The notes beneath the pieces are model-generated. The model was not told where the DNA came from and made no database searches. It saw only the letters and a program-made list of their open reading frames with translations. A program made the translations under genes and the position numbers. From Leucoraja ocellata (taxonomy: Eukaryota), in assembly GCA_036785375.1 (NCBI GenBank), contig JAWMAR010000898.1, positions 62,001-126,000 on the forward strand: a stretch of DNA of 64,000 nt, written 5' to 3'. Positions 15,085 through 26,249 of this stretch are shown piece by piece (the first letter of the stretch is position 1; each line of letters starts with the position of its first letter).

Positions 15085-15539
15085 CATTTTCCATAAAATG
15101 TGTTTGGTCCTGTGTAGACAGTGATCTTTTATCCTAGGATTGCCTCCCTCAATGATTGGGCTGAGTTGCCTCTTCCTTCTGATTTGGCCCACTTTTTCTT
15201 CACAACTCTTCCTTCATCACAAAAAAACTTGAGGGCATAGATTTAGGGTAAGGAGGAAGTGATTAAGAGGGGATCTGAGGGGCACTTTGTTCACCCAGAG
15301 TGGTGTGTGCCAAGAATGCGCTGCAATAGAGCATGGTTAAAGCTGGGTCGCTGACAGCAATTGGGACGTGTCTAGATGAGATGACCCTTCTTCCCAACGT
15401 CCTACTGACCAAAGTACGGTCATGGTCAAAGAAGTATGTGAAGATGTCCAAGAGCCGACACCTTGCCTTCAAAGAGACTGGATGTACGTGGGAAATTATC
15501 TCCATATTGAAGAGAAATTGTTTAGAAAAACGACTCATA

Positions 15540-16040
15540 AAGCTATAAAACATGGAAATAGGCCCTTCGGTCCAACTGCATGCTGACCAAAATGCCCCAT
15601 CTTCACTAGTCCCATCAGCCCACATTTGGCTCATATTCCTTAAAACTTTACCTGTCCAAATGTCTTTTAAATGTTGTTAAACTACCTGGCTCAACTACGT
15701 CACCCGACTGCCTGTTCCATAATACACCCTGGTGTTGAAAGGTTGCCCCTCACTAAATCTTTCCCCACTCACCTTAAACCTGTGTCCTCTGATTCTTGAT
15801 TCCCCTACTCTGGATAAAAGACTACATTAATTCTATTTATTCTCCTCTTGATTTTATACACCTCTATAAGATTACCCGCTCATCCTCCTGCGCTCCAAGG
15901 AATAAAGTCCTAGCATGCCCAATCTCCCTATAACCTGGGCCTTCAGATCCTGGTAACGTCTTTGTAAATCTTCTCTGCACTATTTCCTGCTTAACGACAT
16001 CCTTCCTATGTAATTGTGTCTAAAACTGAACAAAATACAC
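15540..16040 (-). mobile_element. CR1-type LINE 3' end fragment
   Basis: Reverse complement resembles other CR1 3' ends in the window (tataaaat...aataga; agtagggaatcaagaatcagaggacacagg; gaagggcctatttcc tail). Confidence 0.65.
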
Positions 16041-16160
16041 CAGACTATTTTGGGGGGAGGGGATTCAAAGGATGGATACTAAAACCATTACAGAAACGTA
16101 CAGGACAGCTCGCCCATGGTGACTATAATGCCTATCTTCAGTAATCCCATTTTCCTGCAA

Positions 16161-17185
16161 TAGGGAGGTTGCACGGCAGTTGGGTCAGGACCCGTGACCC
16201 GTACTGTTGCCACACAACGCCAACTGGAGCACATGCGATGAACTGCAGGTAAGCACTTACCATTGTTTCCAGCGTAGCGGGCCTGTTAAAAAACGCCGAA
16301 ATGGTAATTTTTTGCGCTGTAAATAATTATGGAAATCGGGGTAAGCATGGGGGACATTTATCCTACTTCTGAATTCCAAAAGTGATAAATCTGGCTGTAA
16401 AATTTAAAATTCGCCCACCCATGGTTCTCAAGTGGGTTTTTACATGCAAAAAGAAAATGCTTCTGAAGCAAAATTTATCATTAAAAAAAAAAATCGCAAA
16501 CCATACGTGGGTTTTGAATTACATTTTACTCAGATGCAAGCCAAGGAATGGCATAATTGTTAGCTGTTAATTGGACATAATCATCCTCAGTAAATTGACA
16601 ATATCTTTGAAAGGGAGTGGGTGTTTAAGCTGTCAGGACATTTTATTATTTGCCAAAATATACATCTCAATACATAATGATAGAAAACTTACTTTTCCAC
16701 ACACCACTGGAGATGTTTTAATGATAAATTTAACTTCAGAAGCGTTAAAGTTTACAGCCAGATTTATCACTTCTGAAACTTTTTAGATACCAAAGGAATC
16801 AAGAAAAAACACAAATAATGCCCTACTGTTGATGAAATGCAGTGAGCAAATGCGATAATTGCCAATATTTTCAATCTTGATATCTGCACGGTCAATGTTC
16901 GCCAACCACTTTAATTTTTGTTGCCCCTTCAGCTCTCGTTTCTCTACTGTAATTTCTCCTCACTTTTGGAATTCTGCAGTAGGGTAAATGTCTCTCACGC
17001 TTATCCCGACTTCCACAATTATTTACAGCACAAAAAATGACCATTTCGACGTTTTTTAACGGTTAAGAAAGTACGCGTTTCGTGTATTAACAGTATATGC
17101 CGGAAGCGGCCATGTACACCACATGGATTGAGCTGCTCCGTGTGTCAAGCCCTTTGACCTGATGACCTTACGTGCAACCTCCCTA
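16161..17185. mobile_element. Non-autonomous DNA transposon with a 15-bp terminal inverted repeat and long internal inverted repeats
   Basis: TAGGGAGGTTGCACG (16161-16175) / CGTGCAACCTCCCTA (17171-17185); internal IR of about 100 bp (16285-16385 vs 16960-17060). Confidence 0.8.
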
Positions 17186-17439
17186 TAGGCTTGTGTCCAA
17201 AGGTACTATAGGAGCATCTTTGCTTGTGTCTATACCTTTACTATCCAGGCATATGCCCAAATGCCATTTAAACTGTTATTTTAACTGCACCATCAACACC
17301 TCTCGATGCCCAGCTCTCTCTCAGTGAAGGACTTGCTCCTTCAGGTCTTGCTCCTGATTTCAACTTATTCACACTCTGGGACAGGAGCTAGCAAAGAAAG
17401 ATCTTTGGGAGCTAGTGTCATCTGATGGAAAATCAGTAG

Positions 17440-17722
17440 CTGGTGCACATCTGATCCACGGGGCGGAGAGAGCGCCACCAGCCGGCGGGAGGTGCAGGCA
17501 CCGACTGTAGGAGGTGAGGACCAAAGATCATAGTGCACCGCCCGCCGGCAGGGGGTCTGATCCCCGGGTGGAGGGGCGGAGACAGCGCCGCCCGCCGGCA
17601 GGAGGTCTGATCCCAGGGGCTGAGAGTGCGCCGCCCACTGGCAGGAGGACCGCGCCGCCACTCCTCCGCTCTCCGCCCCCGCCTGAGCCCGGCAGGCCGC
17701 GCGCCGCTCGTGTGGCCGCAAC
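17440..17722 (+). promoter_or_regulatory. MED15 CpG-island promoter / 5' UTR with GC boxes and a repeated CTCF-like unit
   Basis: High CpG density, several GGGCGG/CCGCCC boxes and a degenerate tandem unit directly upstream of the MED15 ATG. Confidence 0.75.
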
Positions 17723-17790
17723 ATGGATGTGAACGTGACGGACAGCGAATGGCGGACCATTGCTTTCCGGCAGAAGGTGGTGGCGCAGAT
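17723..17790 (+). CDS. MED15: MED15 exon 1, MDVNVTDSEWRTIAFRQKVVAQ(I) (KIX start)
   Basis: Homologous to human MDVSGQETDWRSTAFRQKLVSQI; aacATGG Kozak context; gtgagt donor; 68 nt. Confidence 0.93.
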
Positions 17791-18009
17791 GTGAGTGCGG
17801 GGACGCGGCGCGGTGCGCATCGTGCTACCGGCCGGGCACTGACGGCGGAGAGAGGGGGGTGCGAGGCCTACCCGGCCTGCAAGCCGCGGGATTTCCTGGC
17901 GACTGGTAGCCGTCAGCGTGATGGGTTGAGGCCGAGGGGGGAAATCCACGCTGACGGGCGGGCGAAAGTCCCGAGATAAAACGGCGGGAGCTACAGATCC
18001 CCGTTCCCA

Positions 18010-18790
18010 TCACAACCCCCTCCCCCAGTCCCATTCACCCCCGTCCCCTTCACACCCGCCCCGTCCCCTTCATCCCCGCCCCCTTCAACCCCCCCACCCC
18101 ACCCTCCTCCGTCCCCCTCCCTCACCCGCCGGCCCCTTCACACCCCCAGTCCCTTCACTCACCCCCGTCCTCCTCACTCACCCCCCCGCACCCCTCACTC
18201 AATCCCCGGGCCCCTTCACTCAACCCCCCCCCCCCCCGTCCCCTTCACTCACCCCCGTCCCCCCACTCACTCCCGTCCCCCCACTCACTCCCCCGTACCC
18301 CTCACTCACTCCCCCGTACCCCTCACTCACTCCCCCGTACCCCTCACTCAACCCCCCCCAGCCCCTCACCCACTACCCGTCCGCTTCACTCACCCCCCCC
18401 TTCACTCTTCCCCTTCCCCCCCCTCCCCCCCGTCCACTTGACTTACCTCCCCCGTCCCCCTCACTCATCCCCCGCCCCCCCCCCCACTCACCCCCGCACC
18501 CCTCACTCACCCCCGCACCCCTCACTCAACCCCCTCGGCCACCACCCTCCCCCTTCAATCACCCCCCACCCGTCCCCTTCACCTCCCCGCACCATCCTCC
18601 CGTCCCTTCAGGTCCCCATCTTCTTCGCGTCCCCGTCCTGTCCCCTTCATCCCCCCCCCCCCCCCTGTCCCCTTCACCCCCGTCCCTTCACTCCCCCCGT
18701 TCCTTCAGTCCCCCTCCCCCTTCACTCCACCTCCCCCCCCCCCCCGTCCCCTTCACCCACCCCCCCCCCCCCCCCCCATCCCCTTCACTA
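18010..18790 (+). repeat. C-rich degenerate minisatellite (unit about CCCCGT(A/C)CCCTCACTCAC) in MED15 intron 1
   Basis: Many imperfect 17-20 bp units, e.g. tandem ctcccccgtacccctcactca copies at about 18288-18350. Confidence 0.9.
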
Positions 18791-19059
18791 TCTACCAATC
18801 TTCATCCACCCTGCTCCTTATACCCTCAAAGAACTTGAGCATATTTTTCCAAACAATTTTTTATTTGCAAGGAACCTGGGCATCCTTATTCATAAATTGC
18901 TGATAGCTAATATTCGACTGGCTATTGAGAAGGTACTTAGTGTATTGGTATTTTATGCATTAGGATTTGTATTTAGGCATAAAGAGCAAAATTGTACAAT
19001 GTTCCAGTTGGATTACTCTCTGTTGCCAAACCAAGTTTGACACTTTTATATAAGTTGGT

Positions 19060-19330
19060 AAGAGTCGTTGGAGACATGCTGGATTTCCTCAGTCTGCTGA
19101 GGAAGTAGAAGCATTAATGTGCGTTTTTAGATATAGCTTCATTGTGGTTGGTCCAGGACAAATTGTTGGTCTTGGAATTTGAATCTCTCTACCATCTCCA
19201 CTCTGGCACCATTGATGCTGATAGGGGTGTGTACACCATCTAGTTTTCTGAAGTTGATGACCAGCTCCTTCATCTTGCGGACACTGAGGAGGAGGTTGTT
19301 GTCTTGACGCTGTCGCAATTAATTGGAAGA
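19060..19330 (-). mobile_element. Rex1/L2-like LINE RT C-terminal fragment
   Basis: Same family as 36740-36990 and 48740-48840 (atcaatggtgccagagtggagatggtagagagattc, INGARVEMVERF-like). Confidence 0.6.
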
Positions 19331-19939
19331 TACAGCATAGAAACAGGCCTTTCGGCCCACAGAGTCCACATCGATCATTGATCACCATTCACACTAGTTC
19401 TATATTATTCCACCTTTGACACTGTGATGCAGTAGCTCTACCAGCTGGGTCACTATGCTGACTAGCTGCACAAAGCTTTATATCAGCCTCCAGCACTCCA
19501 TCTCATCATTGTTCAAGGTCTGTCCCACGATAGTTGTACCTCATCCAAACCTGCAAATGGAGTTAGAGCAGAATTTGGCCGCACAGTCATGAGTGTATAA
19601 TGAGTTTCATAAAGCGCTAAGAACACATTTTTGTGCAGCCCCTGTTGTGATTTGCATGGAGGATGGTTTGTTGCCTATTTTTACTTACTGTGGTCTAAGG
19701 GTTAGAAGTCAAGGATTCATTCGGGATGAGGGGGGGGGGGGGGTGGGGGGTGCGGCGATGCTGACTCCTAGGTCCAGGAATTTGAAGATGTGTTCGGTTG
19801 AGATTGTGATGTTAAAGGCAGAACTAGAGTCATTAAATAGGGTTGGGACAAAGCCTGGCAAGTGATAGCGGATATAGATGAGATTGGATTGCCAGAAAGT
19901 TGGACAAAGGACAGAAATGAAAACACAAAAACCTATAAG

Positions 19940-21100
19940 ATGATAGAAGAGGCATAAAATGTGAAGGAATATTGGTGAAAGGGTGGGGGAATGAAAAAGG
20001 GAGAAATGGTGTGCATCTGGGTGGGACATAGGAAGGAGATTTGGGAGGGTGTGGGGGGGGGGGGTGAATTGGGATGTTTGTAGGATAGGTACCTAAAATT
20101 GGTGAATTCAATGTTCATACTGTTGGGTAGTAGGCTACCCAAGTGTAATATGAGGTGCTGTTCGTTTAGTTTGCATGTGATCTCACTTTGGCAATGGAGG
20201 AGGCCCAATACAGAAATATCACTATGGGAATGGAAAGTGGTGTTAAAGTGGTTAGCAACCAGGAGATCCAGCAGGCTGTGGTGGACCGAGCACACATTCA
20301 GTGAAATCGTCACCTTGTCTATGCTTGGTCTTGCTGATGTAAAGGAGGCCTCTTTGGGAGCACAAAATGCAGTAGATGAGGTTAGGTCTGAGATGGGTGT
20401 GATGGAGGAGGTATAGAGACAGGTGTTACATCTCCTGCGGTTGCAGAGAAAGTACTTGGGTGGGGGGGGGGGGGGGGGGGAGTGGTTTGGGTCGGAAGCG
20501 ATGAATGAACAAATGAGTCGTGGAGGGAGCAGTCTGTGGAAAGGGTTGGGGATGGGAGGATGTGACTAATGGTGGGATGATGGCAATATCAGAAACTGAT
20601 GTATTGGATGCAGAGGATGATGGGATGAAAGGTGAGGACCAGGACAACTCTATCCTTGTTCTGTTGAGAAGAAGTGAGAGCTGACCCACTGATACAAAGG
20701 CAAAGAAGATGAGGGGTCCATCTATGACAGCAGGTGGGAAACCACATTTACTAAAGAGGACATATTGGAAGTCCTAGAGTGGAAAACATCTTGGGAACAG
20801 ATGCAACGGTGAAATTGAAAGCAGAGGATGGCGTTTTGCAAGAGGTGGAGGTGTAGTGCGGTGGGAGACAATGGGTTATAGCAGATATCAGTCGATAGGT
20901 TGTCCCCTGTGATGGAGACAGAGAGATCAAAAAAAGGGAGAGAGTTGTCCAAGATATCCAATTTGAGGGCAGGGTGGAAGATAGTGGTAAAGGTAATGAA
21001 TCAACAGGTTCTGTACGAGTGCAGCCCTATTGCAGTTATTATAGCGGAGAAAGAGTTGGGGGTGGTGTCAGTGTACCTTTGGAACAAGAACTTTCGACGT
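19940..21100 (-). mobile_element. Penelope-like element fragment (RT thumb plus GIY-YIG), degenerate
   Basis: SLPFFDLSVSITGDNLSTDICY (20722-20961) and VANHFNTTFHSHSDISVLGLLHCQSE...EQHLILHLGSLLPNSMNIEF (19933-20313). Confidence 0.85.
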
Positions 21101-21429
21101 AACCGGGTTCTCCTTGTCCATTTCTGTATTCCCTTTATCCGCTCCAAGCTCACCCCCTCTGAACGCACATCGTTCAAATATTGTTATCAAACCCAACGGC
21201 AAGGGAAGTGTCGTCAAGAGTCTGGAGGCTGGCTTCCACCATGCTGAGGCCAGGTGCCATCTCCTAGACACTTCCTCATACCCCACAGGCAAACACCAGC
21301 CCACTCCTAAACCGTTACTGATCTCGTCCCCTCTGATGCGATCTCTCCTCCACAGCCTCCAGCCTTTTAGTTCCCCAGACCTATACTGCCCATTTCTATT
21401 TCCTCCCCAAAATACACAAAACAACTCTC

Positions 21430-21960
21430 GCCAACTTCTACTGATGCACTGTGGAAAAGCATTTTATTGAGATGCATTACGGCATGTTTTGGGAACAGCT
21501 CCATCCAAGGCTGCAAGAAATGACAGAGAATTGTGGGCGCAGCCCAGACCATCACATAAACCCTTCCATTGACTCCGCCTGTACTTCATGCTGCCTCGGC
21601 AAGGTCATCAGCATAATCAAGGATGAGTCTCACTCCCTCTTCTCCCCTCCCATCAGGCAAGAGGTACAGAAGTGTGAAAATGCAAACCCTCAGATTCAGA
21701 GACAGTTTCATCCCAGCTGTTATCAACCAACTGAACCATCCTATCACCAACTAAAGATCGGTCCTGAGGTTCTATCTACCTCATTGAAGATCGGTGGACT
21801 ATCTTTAATTTGACTTTACTGGACCATATCTTGCACTAAACATTATTCTCTTTACCATGTATCTGTACACTGTGGATGGCTCGTTTGTAATCATGTATAA
21901 TTTTTCTGCTGACTGGTTGGCACGCAACAAAATGCTTTTCACTGTACCTTGGTACATGTG
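21430..21960 (+). mobile_element. Rex1/L2-like LINE 3' end
   Basis: aacttctactgatgcactgtggaaaagcatt...ggcatgtttgggaacagc...agacagtttcatcccagctgttatca, then a tail ending gcttttcactgtaccttggtacatgtgacaataaac. Confidence 0.6.
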
Positions 21961-21984
21961 ACAATAAACGAAACTAAACATCCA

Positions 21985-22620
21985 AAAATGTTGTCTTTAG
22001 TAAACGTAGTTTCCCCTGCTGTCGTAGATGGATCCCTCACCCACGTCTCCTCTGTTTCCCGTAGTTTAGCTCTTGGACCCCTTTGCCCTGTATGAAACAT
22101 GGATAGAGTTACCCGATCCTCGCCTTTCACCGCATTCAACACATTATTCTCCGAAATTTCCACCATCTTCAACGTGATCCCCCCAGCATTCTCATCTTCC
22201 TAAATCCCATCACCCCTTTCCGATTTCTGCAGAGACTGCTCACTCCACAACTCCTTGATTCACTCATCCCTTTCCACCCAATCCACACCCTGCCCAGATA
22301 CTTTCCCCCTGCAACCCCAGGAGATGTGCGACCTGTACCTCCTCACTCGCATCCATCCAGGGACACCAGCAGCCTTTCGGGTGAGACAAAGGTGCACATG
22401 CACCTCCTCTAATGTTACCTACTGCATTCTGCCTGCTGTTTCTCTCGGTTGCTAATCATCCTTTCCCAGTCCCATGCTGATTTTACTTTCCTGGGACTTC
22501 CATTGCCTGAGTGAGACCACACGCAAACTGAAGGAACAACTCTCCATATTCTGCTTGTGTAGCCTACAACCCAATGGTATGAACATTGAAATCTTCTGTT
22601 TTAGACAACTAACTTACAAA
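21985..22620 (+). mobile_element. Penelope-like element fragment, opposite orientation to 19940-21100
   Basis: FRVRQRCTCTSSNVTYCI (22255-22455) and SETTRKLKEQLSIFCLCSLQPNGMNIE (22474-22701). Confidence 0.85.
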
Positions 22621-22873
22621 CCCTCCTCTCTTTCTCCCCCCCCTCCCTCTTCGCTGTGCCCCACCTGCGTGCTATCCAGTCAGCGAAAGGAGTATTCATG
22701 ATTACAATCAAGCCATCCAGTTTATGTAGACACAGGATAAAGAGTATAATGTTTAGTGCAAGGTAAAGTCTGATTAAAGATCGCAACTCCATTAATTTTA
22801 AGATTTTTAAATCGCGATAGGTCTGGATGTTGGGGGATGGTAGTTGGGGGAAAGCAGATTACAGTGTCATTAA

Positions 22874-23761
22874 TAGAGCCAGGATGTTAGGCACTAATAA
22901 ACTCTGAAATAGGCAGGCAAAAAGGCATAATAAAATTACAAAAAAGGCACGAAAAGGCATTTATTGACATAAAAAGGGATATATTTCTACCACCAAAATA
23001 TGGTTAAAAATGATAATATATACTATATTAAATGACCAAAGTTGCCATGGTTGCACATAATTCTCGCATTTTTTTCAAATTATCTGGTGTTAAACTATGC
23101 CGTCTGTCAGACAGAATATGCTTCAGTTGTGAAAACCTTTCTACCTCAGCTGAGGTCCCTGGTGCATACCCGAAACAAGCTACAGACTCTATATTCGTGT
23201 TGATATCTTGTGCATTACAACTACCTTTGAGAACTTTAGCTATGTTTTGTATTTCTTCAAGATCTTTGTTAGCTAAAATCACACTCTCACATTTTCCGTG
23301 TATGTCTTTACCTAATTCGCCAGGAACCTGACGAATATCGTCAGTTACTTTGTTGAAAACCTGCAAGTTATTCACTAATGTTTCGCCACGTTCCTCAAGG
23401 GAAGTGGTAGCTTGTGGGAAGTTTGCAAAATTGGAAGCGATAAATAGATTTTGGAGAAGAATGAACCAGCAGGCAGCGGCATGAATGAATGAACGAACGA
23501 CCGACGGTGGTTCCCCCGGTTTCACCCCGGTAGTGGAAATCTTCTTGTAATTTATACTATGTTAATACGTTAATAATAACAACATTAACATGTTAACATG
23601 GAAAACGTAATTGTAATCACGGTACAACCAGAGAAAATAGCACAACCTTTTAGCAAAAAGGCTGATTTAGCCACTCGATAGTGAAAAAGGCATTATCTTG
23701 GTGAAATCATCAAAAAAGGCTTGAAAAGGCACATGGCATTTATGGCAAAATCCTGGCTCTA
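22874..23761 (-). mobile_element. Internally deleted hAT DNA transposon retaining the transposase C-terminal region
   Basis: 12-bp TIR TAGAGCCAGGAT/ATCCTGGCTCTA; degenerate 8-bp TSD gtcattaa/gttattag; ORF 23028-23525 ends FGYAPGTSAEVERFSQLKHILSDRRHSLTPDNLKKM (hAT dimerisation motif); subterminal AAAAGGC repeats. Confidence 0.88.
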
Positions 23762-24111
23762 GTTATTAGACAGGAGCTAGAGAGGGTAGATTGGGAGCAG
23801 TTGTTATTGGTTAAATCCACAGTTCTGACATGTTGGAGTCGCTTAAGGCCAGCTGATCAAAGTGCAGGATCAGCATGTACTAGCAAGGAGGATGGATAAG
23901 GATGGCAAGGCAAGGAACCACAGATGATCAATGAGGTTGCAAACTTGGTCAGGAAGAAAAAGGAGGTTCAAGAAGATTGTATCAGATGGGATAATGAGAT
24001 ATATAAAGCGAGTCGGAAAGAACTCAAGCGGGCAATTAGAAGGGACAAAAGGGGCCATGAAATGTAATTGGTGAGTCAGATTTTAAAAAATCCCAAGGTT
24101 TTTGATATGTG

Positions 24112-26249
24112 CAGTGCCCACCATAATGTTTGGGACAAAGACCCATCATTTATTTATTTGCCTCTGTTCTCCACAATTTGAGATTTGTAATATAAAAAAA
24201 TCACGTGGTTAAAGTGCGCATTGTAAGTTTTTATTAAAGGGTATTTTTATAAATTTTGGTTTCACCATGTAGAAATTACAGCTGTGTTTATACACAGTCC
24301 CCCGATTTCAGGGCACCATAATGTTTGAGACACGTGGCTTCACAGGTGTTTGGAATTGCTCAGGTGTGTAAATGCTCCTTAATGCAGGTATAAGAGAGCT
24401 CTCAGTACCTCGTCTTTCCTCCAGTCTTTCCATCACCTTTGGAACCTTTTATTGCTGTTTATCAATGTGAGGACCAAAGTTGTGCCAATGAAAGTCAAAG
24501 AAGCCATTAAGAGACTGAGAAACAAGAATAAAACTATTAGAGACATCAGTCAAACCTTAGGCTTATCAAAATCAACTGTTTGGAACATCATTAAGAAGTT
24601 CTGAGCTTACTAATCGACAGATCAGAAACACTCTTCAGGAGTCTGGAGTGGATTTGTCAATGACCACTGTTCGCAGAGGACTTCATGAACGCTACAAGTT
24701 GCAAACCACTGGTTAGCTGCAAAAATAGGATGGTTCGGTTACAGTTTGCCAAGAAGTACGTAAAAGAGCAACCGCAGTTCTAGAAAAAGGTCTTGTGGAC
24801 AGATGAGACGCAGATTAACTTATATCAGAGTGATGGCAAGAGCAAAGTATGGAGGAGAGAAGGAACTGCCTAAGATCAAAAGCATACCATTACATCTGTG
24901 AAACACAGTGGTGGGGGTGTTATGGCCTGGGCACGTATGGCTGCTGAAGGTACTGGCTCACTTATCTTCATTGATGATACAACTGCTGGTGGTAGTAGCA
25001 TAATGAATTCTGAAGTGTATAGACACATCCTATCTGCTCAAGTTCAAACAAATGCCTCAAAACTCATTTGCTGGCAGTTCATTCTACAGCAAGACAATTA
25101 TCCCAAACGTAACTGCTAAAGCAACAAAGGGGTTTTTCAAAGCTAAAAAATGGTCAATTCTTGAGTGGCCAAGTCAATCACCCGATCTGAACCCAATTGA
25201 ACATGCCTTTTATATGCTGAAGAGAAACCTGAAGGGGATTAGCCCCCAAAACAAGCATAAACTAAAGATGGCTGCAATACAGGCAATAGACAATACACAA
25301 TAGGTGCATTTGTTTGGCGGCGCGACTCACCCGTTGCAGCGGCCCCCAGTCTTGTCTTTTTTTTAATTTTTTGTCTAGTTAAATGTAGTGTTGGTGTTTT
25401 TTAATACTGGTTTTAAATGTGTATATGTGGGGGGGCGGGGGAAACTGTTTAAAATCTCTTCCCTGTACGGGAGACCCGACCTTCTGTTGTCGTTGGGGCC
25501 TAGCACCGTGGAGCGGCCTCCAACCTGAATGACCCGGGGGCCCGGGAGACTGCGGAGCTGCGGACTACTCACCATTGTGGGGCTGGCTGGCCTCGGAGCG
25601 TGGGGAGTGGTGGTGACTCGCTGGGTTCACTGTGATGGATGTTTGTGTGAATTAAATTGTGTGTATGTCTAGGAAATTGTCTTTGTATGGCTGTGGAAAT
25701 GGAATTTCGTTTGAGCCTCACTGAGAGTCTTTAAGAGTCCTGTCTAGCTCTCTCTTGAAAGTATCCAGAGAACCGGCCTCCACCGCCTTCTGAGGCAGAG
25801 AATTCCACAGACTCACAACTCTGGGTGAAAAAGTGTTTCCTCATCTCTGTTCTAAATGGCTTACCCCTTATTCTTAAACTGTGGCCCCTAGTTCTGGATT
25901 CCCCCAACATCGGGAACATTGGCCTGACAGAGTATCAACAGAGAAGACACCCAGCAACTGGTGATGTCCATGAATCGCAGACTTCAAGCAGTCATTGCAT
26001 GCAAATACTAATCATTGCTTTCATTTACATGACACTGCTGTGTCCCAAACATTATGGTGCCCTGATATGGGGGGGTCTATGTATAAACACTGCTGGAATT
26101 TCTACATGGTGAAACCAAAATGTATAAAAATAGCCTTTATTAAAATCTGTTAATGTGCACTTAATTTCTATTACAAATCTCAAATTGTGGAGTACAGAGA
26201 CAAATAAATAAATGATGGGTCTTTGTCCCAAACATTATGGAGGGCACTG
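24112..26249 (+). mobile_element. Tc1-like DNA transposon with long IR/DR-type TIRs, decayed transposase and a nested insertion at about 25285-25920
   Basis: TIRs of about 210 bp (CAGTGCCC...GGGCACTG, then TA); remnants KSTVWNIIKK, KVLWTDET, VKHSGGGVMAW, LQQDNYPK, WPSQSPDLNPIEH, MNRRLQAVIACK; stops and frameshifts present. Confidence 0.93.
25310..25725 (+). mobile_element. Unclassified CpG-containing SINE-like element nested in the Tc1 copy
   Basis: Shares gggggaaac..tttaaaatctctt.cc and an AT-rich block with the reverse-oriented element at 44270-44635. Confidence 0.5.

Noticed and set aside
17365-19040. ORFs of 117-200 aa around the MED15 start, including a Pro/His-rich 200-aa ORF
   Set aside because: GC-rich promoter and C-rich minisatellite artefacts; no recognisable domain.
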